A stretch of DNA of 64,000 nt, from assembly GCF_009914755.1 (NCBI RefSeq), contig NC_060927.1; one strand, written 5' to 3'. The notes under the pieces were generated by a model. The model was not told where the DNA came from, did no database searches, and was given only the letters and a program-made list of their open reading frames with translations. Each line of letters begins with the position of its first letter. Position 1 is the first letter of the stretch. The position numbers and the translations under genes are program-made. The DNA is from the human T2T-CHM13v2.0 reference genome, Homo sapiens. This document shows positions 1 to 13,450 of this stretch, piece after piece.

Positions 1-156
1 TCTGCAGTCATGCTGACTGAGCTATTCTCTGTGCTGCTTCTGGCAACAACTTTCATTTTGGCAACAACTTTCATTTGGATGCTTTCTCTTTCAAAGGCAG
101 AATAGTATATTGGAAGGATTATGCAGCTAGATCACGGAAAATTTGTTTCAGTTTCC

Positions 157-560
157 TTCATTCATTTTTCAAAAATATGCTTTGAGCACCTACTATGTAC
201 GAGACAATATACCACTGGCTGAAGTTGGAATTATAGTGGGGTCAGGACAGGTAGGGCACTTGTCAGAAAGAGCTTGCATGACAGTGAGAGAGATAAGCTA
301 TTTTTTAAAAAAGGAACCATTCTCTGAAAGGGAGAATACAGGTCTACAACTTTGTCCAGTGAGGTCAGAGCATCTTCTTGGGGGCAAAAGTGATGGCAAA
401 GCTGGGAACTGGAAGGTAGGTTGAGATTGGCCATGTGCAGGGGACAGGGGAGAAGAGTTCTCTAAGGAGAGGAAACAGCATGGGTGAAGGCTTTGGGGTT
501 ATGAAAGAACCTGGTACTTTCTAGGACCTAAAAGAAGTTTGAATGGGCTGGAATATCGGG
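157..560 (-). mobile_element. L2 LINE fragment(s)
   Basis: The ttcattcatt...tttgagcacctactatgt motif of the L2 3' end in reverse orientation, followed by a purine-rich L2 body. Boundaries approximate. Confidence 0.65.
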
Positions 561-827
561 GTGCTGTCCTTTTGGCTGGCTAAATGATACTGGGCATCAA
601 TGAATTTGATATTCTGTCTCATTCTCCTTAAGGCCAGAAGTGGGCAGAAGGATTCCCTTGTTGTAGGCTGTTGTTCTTAGAATGCAGAGATAGAAGAAAG
701 ATACGAAAGAAATCACTCTGAGGACCATAAGTAGGGTGGATTGGGGCTCAGGGAAGGCAAGAGAGAAACTAGAATCAAGGAGATATGTTGAAATGCTACC
801 AGTTGATGAGATTGCAGTGCTGGAAAT

Positions 828-1480
828 GGGAACAGAGAAAGGAGTTGGCTGGAAGAAGAAACAAGTTTGGTAAAGAACAGGAGGTGCTGGCATGCACAAT
901 TACTGGTAATTCCTGGAAGGTAGTTCATTTGAGAGGGACCACCATGAAATGATGAAGATTAACAATTTTTAAAGAGAAATTTTAGAGAGCATAGAGCAGC
1001 AGACAGGAGCTGGAAAGCCAATGAAGAGAGTTAAAAATGGAACTGTACTAGAAAGAAGAATTTCATGAATTTGTGTCAAGGAATTTTAGAAGACAGCATT
1101 TCAAAAAAATAGATTTAACTCTAACTTAGATTTAACTCTAAGTTTCTCTTTGATAAATGCTTTAAAAAATCTAGTTAATTAGGCAAATTATAGACTTAAC
1201 AGTTAAAAACTCAGAAGTCTCAGTCTGTGACTGGTCAAAGCATACCTGTTAAGTTGTGGATGCTGCTTTTTCAGCAGTTTTAGAGCTGATGTAGTCTGTT
1301 TCATTTTTGTTGCTAGTTTATGAATATTACAGTTTTTTAGAGTTTCTAATATTCTTTTTGGAGTCATACAGAAGGGAACAGAGAAAGGAGTTGGCTGGAA
1401 GAAAGAACAAGTTTAGTAAAGAACAGGAGGGGCTGGCATGCACAATTACTGGTAATTCCTGGAAGGTAGTTCATTTGAGA
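828..1480 (+). repeat. Dispersed 107-bp direct repeat (828-934 and 1374-1480)
   Basis: gggaacagagaaaggagttggctggaag...gtagttcatttgaga occurs twice, with 4 mismatches. Confidence 0.95.
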
Positions 1481-2071
1481 ACGTTCTTAATAGAGTTCTT
1501 CCTGAGGAAAATCAGGGGAGACTTGATTCTTATGTGAAGGTTTTTTTTTTTTTTTTTTTTTCAACTATGTGAAGTGAAAGTATGGAAATTTAACTCTATT
1601 GATGTGTGTTTGAATTCTGAAAGAGATGAAGGGGTGCTGTGAAAATGCACTGCACTGTGTTAGGAAATGGGATTGCCCCAAAGAGCATGGCCAATGCCTG
1701 GGACAATTGCATTCTTGACTCACCCTCGTGAAGAGCTAAGGCCCAGCTGGGCAATCACAGGCGCTGGGTGGAGGCTTCCCCGGTGGCACCCCTCTGTGCT
1801 CTGCACTCTTCTTAGAATTTAACATTTCCTTAGCAACTGGATAGGGTGCATAGGTTAGCATTAATACTGTGAAAGAGAAGAAACTTGGGGCCTTTAAAAG
1901 AATGCCATCTTGGGTTACTATGCTTTCATTTTGGTTTTATTTTTCTCAGTGGTCAAAAACTATTGTTTCCAGCCAGAATATCCTTTTTATGTCCTTCAAA
2001 ACACTAATTTTTGGTTGCTATGGGAACTGGCTTATCAAATTTTAAAAATTTGTGTATTTCAGATCCCTGGA

Positions 2072-2075
<4 letters not shown>

Positions 2076-2121
<46 letters not shown>
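2076..2121. repeat. (GT)n microsatellite
   Basis: Pure GT run of about 23 units. Confidence 0.98.
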
Positions 2122-2125
<4 letters not shown>

Positions 2126-2254
2126 AAAGAAAGAATCAGATATTATTAAAATGAAACATATACCTTTGTTAGGTGAATTGTGGAGTGTGTGAGGTAACAC
2201 TTCATTCCAAACCCATGAGCTCTACCTTAAAAAGGTATCCAGACTTTGACACTA

Positions 2255-2979
2255 CTTGGCAGCTTTACTGTAGTAACCTTGTTCCAAGCCATCTTTATTT
2301 CCTACCTGGGGTTATTGGACGGTTCCTTAACTGGCCCCCCTGGTTTCTCTTGTACCGTTTCCCTACCCTGGCTCTGAAGCGATTCTGTTAAAGTGTAAGT
2401 CAGATTACGTCAGCCTCTTTTCAAAACCCCCTATCAGCTGCCACTTCACTCAGAGTAAAAACCAGTGTCTTCACCATGGCCTGCAGGCCCTATTTGGTCA
2501 AGTCCCCATCCTATCCCCAACTGATCTCTCTGAACTCCTCTCTGACCACTCTCTGGCAGGTTCAGCCTACTGAAGTCACACTCAGCTCCTCGCAAGGAAT
2601 TCTCCTGCTTCAGGACTCTGGAGTTTCCTTTTCCTTCCTCCCTAATTAGAATGCTTTTCCTCTAGACAGATATATGGCCCACTCTCTTACCTTGTTCAGG
2701 TCTATACTCAATTGTCACTTTATCAGTAAAGCTTTTAATTCTCCAAGATCTTGGCCCTCCCTTTCCTCTTCTCTAGTCAGTTTTTCTACAACACTTAACA
2801 GTGATCTCACTAGTGTATATTTTGCTGATTTATTTATTTATTGTCCATTTCCTGCATTTGGATGTAAGCTTCATGAAGGCAGGACGTTTTGTCCATTTTG
2901 TTCACTGATGCATCTGCAGCATTTAGTACCTAGCATGTTGTAGTTGCTAATAAATACATATGGAATAAATGAATGAATT
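2255..2979 (+). mobile_element. L2 (L2a-like) 3' end
   Basis: cactcagagtaaaa...catggcctgcaggccct body, gatgtaagcttcatgaaggcagg motif and a terminal aataaatgaatgaat. Confidence 0.8.
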
Positions 2980-5900
2980 TAATATTGCTATATTGCTTTG
3001 CATATTCTCCCTGAAATGATCTATTTCTTTTGGAAATGGCTGTTCTGCACCTATTTAAGTGTCGATGACATATTAATCATGGAATAGCAGGCATCACCCC
3101 AGGTGCTAGACTGTGAAGATGAATAAGAAGCATGCCCTGTCTTGCAGAGAGCTTACATTTGAGGAAGGAATCAGGCAGTTAAGTGCATGGAGGTAAGTGC
3201 TGTTGGAGAGGAAAACTCAGGTAGCTTTGGGGGAAAGGGACACACATTTAACCAGCTTCTGTGATATACCAGGCACCTCACAATTACTACTCCATTTTTG
3301 TGATATGAAAACTCAGCTTCAGTGAGGTAACATGAATTGTCCAAGGTCATATGACCTGCAGGTTAGGAAGTTAAGACCGACTGGGTCTAGTTCTAAAGCC
3401 CACATATGGCAGATACCACTTTGCCTCCTTATGGGGTAAGGGTGGTGTGTTTAACTGTGTACAAACATCTATTTACTTCTTTTCTGGTAGTCCTAGATGC
3501 AAGTGACTATGTATATTTTAAGGAGACTTAAGCTTAAAGGCTCTTGACCTTAATGAGGGAAAAGATTGTATAAATTCATATAATTATTGCTAATTATTAA
3601 ATGTTCTGAAAGTGTGGCAAGGCCATTGTGAATGGGGATATTAGGGACTCATTCTTCAAGGGCCCTTTTCTTTGTGAAGGTTTCTGTGACCCCCTAGGAA
3701 AAATTTAAATGCTTTCTTTTCTGTGCACCCATAGTACTTGCTTGCATATCCATTCATTATCAGGTTTGTTGATAAATGCATGACAATTTAGATATTACCT
3801 TTATCAGATGGGGAAACGCCATGAAGGTGAAGAATTTTTGTCTTGATTATCTCTCTGTGCTCAGTGCCTCTGAAAATGTTTGTTGAGGAAACAAATTCAT
3901 AGAAAGAATCCACAATTTAAACTACAAATCTATAGAAAGCACCTGCATGAATGAAACTGTGGTCTCCCTTAATTGACAGCTACATCTTTAAAGTTGGGGA
4001 ACAAAGGAAAACTGTGTGACATTTGCGAACCATTAGTTCAGAGCTGGACTGTAAAGAGATACAGGAAAAAATTGATTTCTAAAGTAGAAATGCTGATGGC
4101 ATTTGGAGAAAGTCAAAGAAATATAATTTATGATTAGAATCCATATATTGCTTTATGATTTACCAAGTGCATTCATAAACACTATTTAATTATCACAAAA
4201 CTCAGTGAGGTAGAGAAATACAATCCCATTGTACTGATCAGGAACCATCAGAGAAGTAAGGATAACTTTGAACTTGATCAAGTCACATGGTTATTTATGG
4301 AGTCCACATACAAACTTAAGATCTTCTGATTCCAAATCCTGGACATTTTCCACTAGGCCATGTTCCTTCCGGAATACTGGACTTTTGTATCATTATGAGT
4401 ATATAGGTCTCTGACTTATGTTTTCCATTCATGATATCTACAAAAATGAATTGTATATTTTTTGTTTTATATCGGTTTTCTCTATTGTAAAGTACTTTGG
4501 TTTATTATTTAATTGGGCCCTAAAATACATGCTTAACTACATTTTATATATTATTCATCTTTCATCTATAAAATGGGATTATATTCCACCTGCCGAGTAT
4601 CTTGATGTGCTTCATAAAATGCAAAATCCAGATGGGAACAACAATTTTATAAATCTTGAACATTGTTTTATGTTTGTCTTTTGAGTTCTATCTTTCATAT
4701 CACGACCTTTCAAAAGTTTGTGGTTAAACCCAGAGTAATACACTCCCAATGCTATTTACTCAAGAAGTTATTAGTATGAGATTTATATATGACAGAAGGT
4801 AGATGTAATCTTTGTAGGTGAATGCTAGTAATATAAAGTAGCAGATATTAATATGAAAAGCGACAGCTTCTTTAAAAAATATCAAGTGAACTTTTGACTT
4901 AAAAAGTTAGTATGGCAGGCCTACAGGGACAGTACAAAGTATATAGGAAGTCACGTTTCGCATTTGCATACTGAAAGCATCGAAGTCTGATTTCCCTCCA
5001 GCATTACCAATTTCATTGATTATAGCTCTTACTTGTCTATGCACTTCAACCAAGTTTTTAGACAATTCAAAGTGGTTAGATGATCGGTCTGTGTATATTT
5101 GCTGATTGATTGCATTCATCATATACCGCAATGGAAAAGTTGTCATAAAAGTCTCGATTAAATAATATACAAGCTGCTATGTATAAACATCTCATAGTTG
5201 AATTTCGGCTGAATACACTGGGCTGCAATTTTTCACTTTATATTGATTGAACAGCCAAGTGATTGCAGATAGGGGCTGAAAATAGTTCTGTAGAGAAATT
5301 CCATCCTTATAGTGTATGTGCAAGTATGTTTATCTGTGAAGCAAGGTGAGAGTGCTGGGAAGGTTCATAAAGTAACTATTGATCTAGAATCTGGAATTCA
5401 CTCAGGATAATTTTTGAAGAGCATAGGAGCCTCTGTAAAGATTAAAAAATGACATAAACTAAAACATTGTTATAGATCATGGTAAATAGTAACCCTGGCT
5501 TCATCAGACAACCTTGATTAGGAAGAGCAGAATTAGATATTGGGTTTTTTTTCTTCTTATGTTTAAAAGAGAAGAGCAGCATTCATGCCCCTTTTTGAGT
5601 CAGCACTCATTTTTTGGGGAAGCTCTTCTCATCTAAAGGAATAATCCAAAATATGGGGAAAACTAATTGCATGAATATGTAAGACAAGGTACATCCATTT
5701 GATAGAATTTTTGTAGGCACTGAAAGTTGTCCAAGTTGTCCTTGTGAAGTCTTAGCAATATGGAAACTATGTTGATATGATAATAGGAAAAATTATTTTA
5801 TGCAGATAAAATTGTAGAAAACTTACTATTATTTCTATTATAAATATGTATATTAAAATAAATTTATAGATAAATAGTAATCATTTGATTACTTTTATTA

Positions 5901-7519
5901 TAAACATTTTATATGGGAAAACCAAAGTTCAGCACTGTTAAGTAATTTTTTAAGGCCATACAGCTAATCAGTGATAGAGGCTGGACTTGATCTCATGGTT
6001 GTCTGCCTCCTAAGACTATGCCTTTTATATTATATTAAACTTGTAATATTGCTTCTGAATTTTAAATATAAATATATTTTATAAGAAAAACTAAGGAGAA
6101 ATCTAGAATTTTACCATAAAATGTGTTTTTGGGACTTAATTTGTTCACCTTTAATTTTCTTTTGGTCTTTTATTTTTTCCTACTCTTCTTCATTGATTCT
6201 TCCCTTTCCTTTTCTATTCTTTTCTTCTTCCCCACATTTTCAATTTTCAACCAGGAATAATCATACTTCTAGTTAGATTGTGTTTTGGTGAATAATCAAA
6301 TCACTGCCTCCCGCAACCTCACCTGCTGTTCCTGCCTGGTCTTCTTCCCCCATCCTTGACCATTCCTTTTTGGATGCCTCTCACCTCTCTTAGGTTATTC
6401 CTTTTTGATTGAGACTACTGAAAAAAAACAAAACAAGACAAACAAGGTAATCTTCAGACTTTCTTTTGGGGATGTCCTTCACTAAATCTCATATATTTTA
6501 AATCTGAGCAATTGGAAATTTCTACTCCTACTCTTTTGCTTTCATTTTGAGGTAATGACTGTGTGGAGCAAATGTTGACTCTTTCTGGAGGATTAATACT
6601 AATTTGGCTCTTTAAAAATTTTAAGCAGAAAGACGATTTCCCCTGTCCTCCCAGGAATAGTGGGTAGAGGTAGAAGATGCTGATGTTTTTCTCCTGTTTT
6701 TAATTAACATGTTTGTTTTTAGGGTGTCTTTTCTTCTCTGACATTTTTCCCTCTGGACTTAGCAAGTTTTTGAATCACTGTTTCTCCTGCCAGAGAGAAC
6801 ATCCTTTGAGAGAGGTCCCAGAGATGTTAAGAGACCCTGGAGATCTCAAGAGATGTTAATTAGTAGAAGTAAATAAATAGCTTGTTTATTTTTATGCGCA
6901 TTTTAATGCTGTCCTTTACTTTTTTAAATTAAGAAGTAGAAAATGTGCTTGTGCTTAAATGTAGTGTAAAGTTTCCCATATTCCTTTGGGTGCTGGTGTA
7001 TTTTCCCCAGTTGCAGAAAATATGTTCAGAAGAATTTTACCTGTTGAGACTATTCCTTCTCCATTTTATTGCTTTTTATTGTTACTGTAGCCCCCTGCAC
7101 AAAAATGGCATATGAATAGTAATAATATTTTATAATCTGCTACAGTAACCATATTTGCTTATTTGCAACAATTACATAGGACTGGAATTAAAGATATAGA
7201 GACCTGAGAATTGCCCATCATTTGCAAAAAACTCTTTTCATGCAAAAGTGAAAAATTTACAGTGACAGAGCAAGAAGGAACCTTTAGAATGTCTTCCCCA
7301 TTCTTATCTTAAGGCAGCCTCACACTTAAGACAGCTCGAGAAAATGACATGCTGCCCTATTTGGGAAGCCATTAAAATTATTTTCAGAACTTTGGCCAGT
7401 ATCATCTTTTCAAAATATAGTTAAATCCTGCTAGAGGAGCTGTTTTATTAATATTTTACTTAAGCCCTTAGAGTAGAATTCAAGCTTAGTATTTCATATC
7501 CTAATCAAGAGAAGTAATA

Positions 7520-7730
7520 TACAACAGCAGTGAAGAGTATGAACCCTGCAAATAGACTCCCTGGGTTCACGTTGTGACTTTGCCACTTAATGCTGTGTGA
7601 CCTTGATAAGATATTTAACTTCACTTCACCATACTATTCTCATCTTTAAAACTGGATAACACTGGTTGTGAAAATTTAGTGATATGTTGCATGTAAGATA
7701 CTTAGAATCGTAACTGGCACACAGTAAGCC
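7520..7730 (+). mobile_element. MIR SINE
   Basis: MIR core gctgtgtgaccttgataag...ttaact...ctcatctttaaaactggata, then ctggcacacagtaagc. Confidence 0.75.
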
Positions 7731-9339
7731 TAAATGATTGTTTTTAGATTAGATTTATGGTTAAAGAGAAAGACAATCTACAGATTGGAAAGGTTAGAAC
7801 AATAAGTGAGAGGGGATTGAATCTCAAAATGTCAGAAGCTAGTAAGAAAGCCCCAGTTGGAGGTTTCCAATCCTAGACTAATTACTAATTTCACGTAACT
7901 GAGATAACGTGCATATTTTGTGATAGAACCATTTTTGGTTATCTTCATGGGAGCTTGATATTTTCAAAAGCTGTCCAACAACACCTAATAATATTGTTGT
8001 GGACATGATGGAACAATATTACCTTGATCATAATATTATTAGCTAGATTTACAGATTTGGACTCATATAATTATAGTGCTAGTTAATAGATCATGAACAG
8101 TATTCTGTTAGAAAATTCAAGGCATTTACAATGAGAATACCTATAATGAAAAGATAAATTGTAAATATAAATATAAAAGTGGCATTGTGGAGAAGCAGAA
8201 CCCAAGTATGTCATCCAAAGGTTTAACGTATATATTACCATTGAACTTCAAATTTGGTTCTGAGGATTTTTGCAACCAAGATGACAAAGAAGATATGATC
8301 AGTTACATTACTATTATTATCTAAGAGAAGAAAGTAAATCAGTTCCTCAGGAGGAATTTTTCCTAGTACGGATTTGTAATGGAGATTAATCACATAGGTT
8401 CATAAATGATCAGCACCGATTTAATAGCAATTTCTTTAATAAATATTTTAAAGCAAATGCTCTTTTATAATGAAACTTTGGGAAAGAAGTATAAAGGTTA
8501 TGAAGTGTCAGTTCAGCAAAGAGAAATGGTAGGCTAATGTCATCTGTGTATGTGAACTTCATGTGCTCTGAGTTGATCCAAAGTATAGTTGAGAGAACCT
8601 AAACTATTGGAAGTACACTCTGTTCTTCAGTAATGTTATTTCACGTTGCTTCTCTCAGCCAGAGTTTGAGGGGAGCTGGGTAATAGGGTCTAGTTAGAAA
8701 GGCGTAGAGGCAGGAATAGGACTATTTTAAGGTTGTAAGTTTTAGCAGGAACAGTAGGCTTTAGAAATCAGCTAGGAAACTAGTAAAGTTGACCTCCTCC
8801 ATAAAGTGTTTCTATATCATGTTTCTTGAGGCTCTGAGTTTGTTAGGGGTGCTTGGCTGGATGGGTAGTTTGGCGTTAAGGTATTTGAGGGGCAAAATTA
8901 AGCAGCTCAGTTTTACTTACTTTTATATGTTGAGTTTCTGCAAAAGTCTTTATGTGACAAACAGTAAAAAAAGTTATTTTGCTTAAAAATACGGGAAAAC
9001 TGTTTCTGATAACCCTGATTCTTCCAGTGTAAAAAATGCAAGTTTTATATACGTCAATAATTAAATGTTCATATTTTTATCATGCATCTTAGGTCGTATC
9101 TGGTTCCTGTATTAGGGTTAAAGACAATTTGAGGTGGATAAAAAGCCGTCTTTAATCTGTCCTGAAATGGCCAAATATATATAAATTGAGATAAGGCCTT
9201 TCTGTCAAGCCCTCTTCTGTAATTAAAGTAGAGCTTTAGTAAATCTTTGGATCAAAGAAGACTGGTCATAGATTTGAGAATTTTTTTTTTTTACCTTTCT
9301 TCAGACTTTTATGTCTATAATCCTACAAATTCATTTAGG

Positions 9340-9445
9340 TAGGGTCACCATTAACTTGTTATGTAAATCAGGACACTTTTGAGCATGGAAGTGGTTCATA
9401 ACAGGACAATAAGCACTAACGGAGAGCAGTTTCCTGGGCGTACTT
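9340..9445. mobile_element. hAT-Blackjack MITE (MER81-like)
   Basis: tagggtcacca terminus and caggacacttttgag internal motif resemble the recalled MER81 consensus. Confidence 0.5.
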
Positions 9446-10318
9446 CCTGCAGGGTCTCCCAAAGTCTGCATGTAAACAGGTACAGGAGTCTCAGTGTCAA
9501 GGGTTAGGGAGATGGGATAATAGTTGATTAAAATTAATAAAATAAAACACATTCATATTGACCAATTAGAATATAAATTATAAATAAGGAAATGTAAATC
9601 ACTTATAAACCTACTTTTTAGTGATTACAATTGTTAATATTTGGTTGAGCGAATATCCACCTAGAATTTTTATGAGTAATAGAAAACACATATTTTCTTT
9701 TTCCTTCTTTAAAAAAAAACTTGTGATATTTAACTACTTTTTTATATTTATTGCTTTTATGTAACTTTTAATCATTGTCATTTTTCAATGTCAGATATTA
9801 TTTGAAAATATGCTCTTTAAGGGTTGCAAAGTATTTTATCTTAGAGTTGTACTATAATTTATTGATGCATTCCTATCATTGGTATTTTGAGTTGTTTCTA
9901 TTTTTTTACTATTATAAAATACAATGAACATTTTTACATCTCCGTTTTTGAGTGGAAGTTTTATAATTTCTTGAGGATGAATTACTGGAAGTGGAATTAC
10001 AGAGTCAAATTTTTATGGTTTGTGTATGTATCTACATCTGTATTCAAATTGTCCTTCTGCAAACATATACCAATACAAAATACCACCAGCAATGTGTTAG
10101 GTTGTTTCAAGTGGTTAATATTTTTCTTATTAACATCTATAATAGCTGTACCTAAAATGGAAAAAAGAAATCCTATGTGTATATGTACAGTTTCCTCTAG
10201 ACCTGTCTCACAAATTGCTATATGGCAAGTAAGTAGAAAATAATTACTTCACTGAGATATCCTTTGCCTTATCACCTTTGGAGAAATCATGATATCTTTT
10301 ATTTTTATCTGTTAGTGG

Positions 10319-10620
10319 TTTTTTTTCTGTTGTTTTTTGAGATAGAGTGTCACCCTGTCACCCAGGCTGGAGTGCAGTAGTACGATCTTGGCTCACTACA
10401 ACCTCCTCCTCCTGGGTTCAAGCAATTCTCCCTGCCTCAGTCTCCTGAGTAGCTGGTAACAAGCACCTGCTACCACGCCCAGCTAATATTTGTATTTTTT
10501 AGTACAGACGGGGTTTCGCCATGTTGACCAGGCTGGTCTTGAACTCCTGACCTCAGGTCATCCGCCCGCCTCGGCCTCCCAAAGTGCTGGGATTACAGTT
10601 GTGAGCCACTGCTCCTGGCC
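10319..10620 (-). mobile_element. AluS (Sx/Sq-like)
   Basis: Full dimeric Alu in reverse, ending ...gagccactgctcctggcc. Confidence 0.95.
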
Positions 10621-11964
10621 TTAATATTTTTTATGAAATGATGAACAGTATGTCTGGGGTTGGTTATGAAAATATAAAAGTATACTCAAGTTTTTTACAT
10701 ATTTGAGTGATTTGAAAAGCTAAAGGAAATTAGGCATCTAAATAAGTGTTCAGTTGGTACCTTTGAAAGTGCCAATTCGGCAGCGGATGTGAGATGGTGT
10801 ATTAAGTGGAGTATGTGAGGCGGGGCTTTCCACTTGGATGGACATTCAAATGAGGTGAGTGGGCAGTTTGATGTTTGAGAGCAACGTTAAGCTAGGGAGT
10901 CATTCCTTTGCTTACTTGCAGAAGATAAAGCAGGTATTTTTCAGGAGCTTAAGTCTATCAAACTGGTGGTGTTCTTTATTGAGAAGGTGAATTGATGATA
11001 GGAGTTCATCCTCAGAGGGCGGCTATGATCAAGATGCAGCAAGTGAATAAAACATGTATACTACTTCATTTTAATGGAGCTCAGGAGCTATAAGCAGGTC
11101 TTAAGCTCTGCCCATTAGGACTTTTATTTGTTTTTCTGCTTTGTTAATTTATAGCAGTTATCAACAAAGTTTCTTCTCACTCTATTCTAAATAATCTATT
11201 GAGAAAAATGCCAGTCCTAAATAAATTTTTCTTGTTCCCCAAATGAAGGGAAGAGAGCTGAATAGTCCACTGGTCTAAAAGGAACGTTTTGTAGCCATGC
11301 CGTGTTCAAGTCACAAGTTACATAAGGCAAGGAGGCATCTAGGCCTGGTTATAGATCTTCTATAATATTTCTCATGGACTTCTCTGAGTTCCTCCTCTGA
11401 CCTTCTGTCTGTCTTATGTGCATGTTTCATGAGGCCTATACAGTATCTAGGGTTGTCTGGGCAGAATCTATAGACTAAGGTAAGTGAACTCTGTATTACG
11501 GCTTGTTTGGTTTATAATGTGAGACCACAGCACTAATTGGACACTTCATGTGTGCTGTTAATACATGTAAGTCCTCTAAGCTAATAAGCTTTTTTGGATT
11601 TCCCTGTTGAAGGGGATTTCACCTATCTTAAAGGGAGTAGACCACACTACCATGTTGTGTGGGAGGTTAGATTAGCAACCTCAAGTTACCAAACTTAAAG
11701 TTGAATATTTCAGTCCTGCCTAAACTTTTAAGACAGAAACGATCAGCTTACAAAATTTAATTTTGCAGCCAGGATAAAATAAATAGGATGGCATTGGCAG
11801 AGACAAATTTTTCTGATGGATAAATCACATGAAAGGCAATATTGTGTAAGAGAAAAAATAGCACCAAAAGAGTTTCTTGGGACTTACCTTAAAGGTTTCC
11901 CCCTTCTAATTATACAGAGAAAAATCACTCTGCTCCACAGTCTCCAAGAATAGAAAGGAGGGGA

Positions 11965-12080
11965 AAATGTACTTAAACTGCAGTGTGAGAAAGTAAGGTT
12001 GGATATCAGAAATCATATTTTGGTAGTATTGTTAAACATTGTGAAGAGTTACCTGCAAAAGACCCCGTATCCTTAAAAGA
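11965..12080 (+). mobile_element. CR1/L3 fragment
   Basis: acttaaactgcagtgtgagaaagtaaggttggatatcagaaa resembles the CR1 ORF2 3' region. Confidence 0.5.
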
Positions 12081-12689
12081 GGGGAGGAGGAGTTGCAAGC
12101 ACACCTGGCCTCTGAATGCATTACAGGCAAAGTCCTTAGAAAGCTGTTGGCAAAGGTTATGGGGAAAGCAGTAGACAAGCAGTGGCTACAAAGAATTTAC
12201 TGGACCATGTTAGAAAGCAAGAGGAACAGCAAGTAATTGCTCCTAGGCCTAAACAAAAACAACAACAACAAAATCATCTCAAGGACAATGGAAGAGTGGA
12301 AGTGCTAATACACATCAAAATGTGAAAGAATCATGGGAGGAACTGCCTACACAAGCAGAACTCATTGTGAATTAAAAAAAAAGAGGAATTAAAATGTAAG
12401 TTTGCTATGTTTGTAGGAAACAGTTAAGTGATTATGAAACTGTTTAGGTTTGGTGGCTGGAAAATAGGTATAAAATGTAAATATTGTGTTTAAAACATTT
12501 TGAATTATTATCTAGAAGAGTATTAAAGAGTGATAGACTCTTAACTGACTGAGATATTTATGTGCTTTCAGCTAGAAGGATAAAATCAGTGGTCTCCTAG
12601 AATCAATTCTTATGGTATGATTCTCTGAAATTATGGAGATTTGTTGGCGCTGAGTATGTGTTATAAAGTTCAGAGTGCAAATGGGTATA

Positions 12690-13450
12690 ATTAAATAAAT
12701 GTTCACTAAGCAACTGCTGTGAAAAAGGCATGAAGTACAAAGTTAAACAATATGTGGCGCATTTTTAAAAAGGTGCTTGCAATATCCACAGAGAGATTTT
12801 GATGGTAACAGATCTGGTAAGGGCTGCTTGAGAGGTACACAGGCATTTTTATAAGAGAAAAGAACAGGCAGAAATGAGTTTGGACTATGGGAGAACATAT
12901 AAAGCTTTCCTGTAGAGAAGGCAGTTGGTTTGGGCCTTAAAGGAGATATGAGGTTTTTGACCAATGATGATGGGAGGAGGAAAGGGAACCCTGGGCACGG
13001 AAAAGCGTACATGGTAGTACATATAAGCTGGAATACATAATGTGTGTTTGGTGCTTTCTCAAAGTCAACAAAGGCTTCTGAAGAGGAAAGAACACCATTA
13101 GAACTTTAGGAGATAAACTTTTGGGAGGAGATAACACAAAAAGACCAGTTAGGAGCTACTGAATTAGCTTAGAGAAGAGGTAATAACTGCTTGTTCTAGG
13201 TAAGCCAGTAAGAAAATGAAGTAAGCTGCTAAGGAAACTAAGAAAAGAAGGGAATTATGAGAGATAACTAGTGATGAAAGACCTGGGTGGGTGTAGAGGG
13301 AGAATCAGAGGTAACACAAAGACAATAGAATGATTGGTTGAATATTGAGGCCATTGACAAAAACTGGAGAGAAGGAAAAGGATATTGTGAAGCAACTCCT
13401 TGGAATCAAAGCTTGCTTCTCTTATGACTGTTTTTCTTTCTGCCTTCACA
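12690..13450 (-). mobile_element. L2 fragments
   Basis: Degenerate reverse-L2 motifs (aaagctttcctgtagagaaggcag...gggccttaaagga; aagaccagttaggagctactg). Confidence 0.6.

Noticed and set aside
42-78. Short tandem duplication ggcaacaactttcattt (similar cases near 1111 and 6821)
   Set aside because: Ordinary slippage-scale duplication with no further structure.
10845-11490. Strong isolated donor motifs (gag|gtgagt near 10855, aag|gtaagt near 11480)
   Set aside because: There is no convincing paired acceptor or coding similarity, and such motifs are expected by chance in 64 kb.
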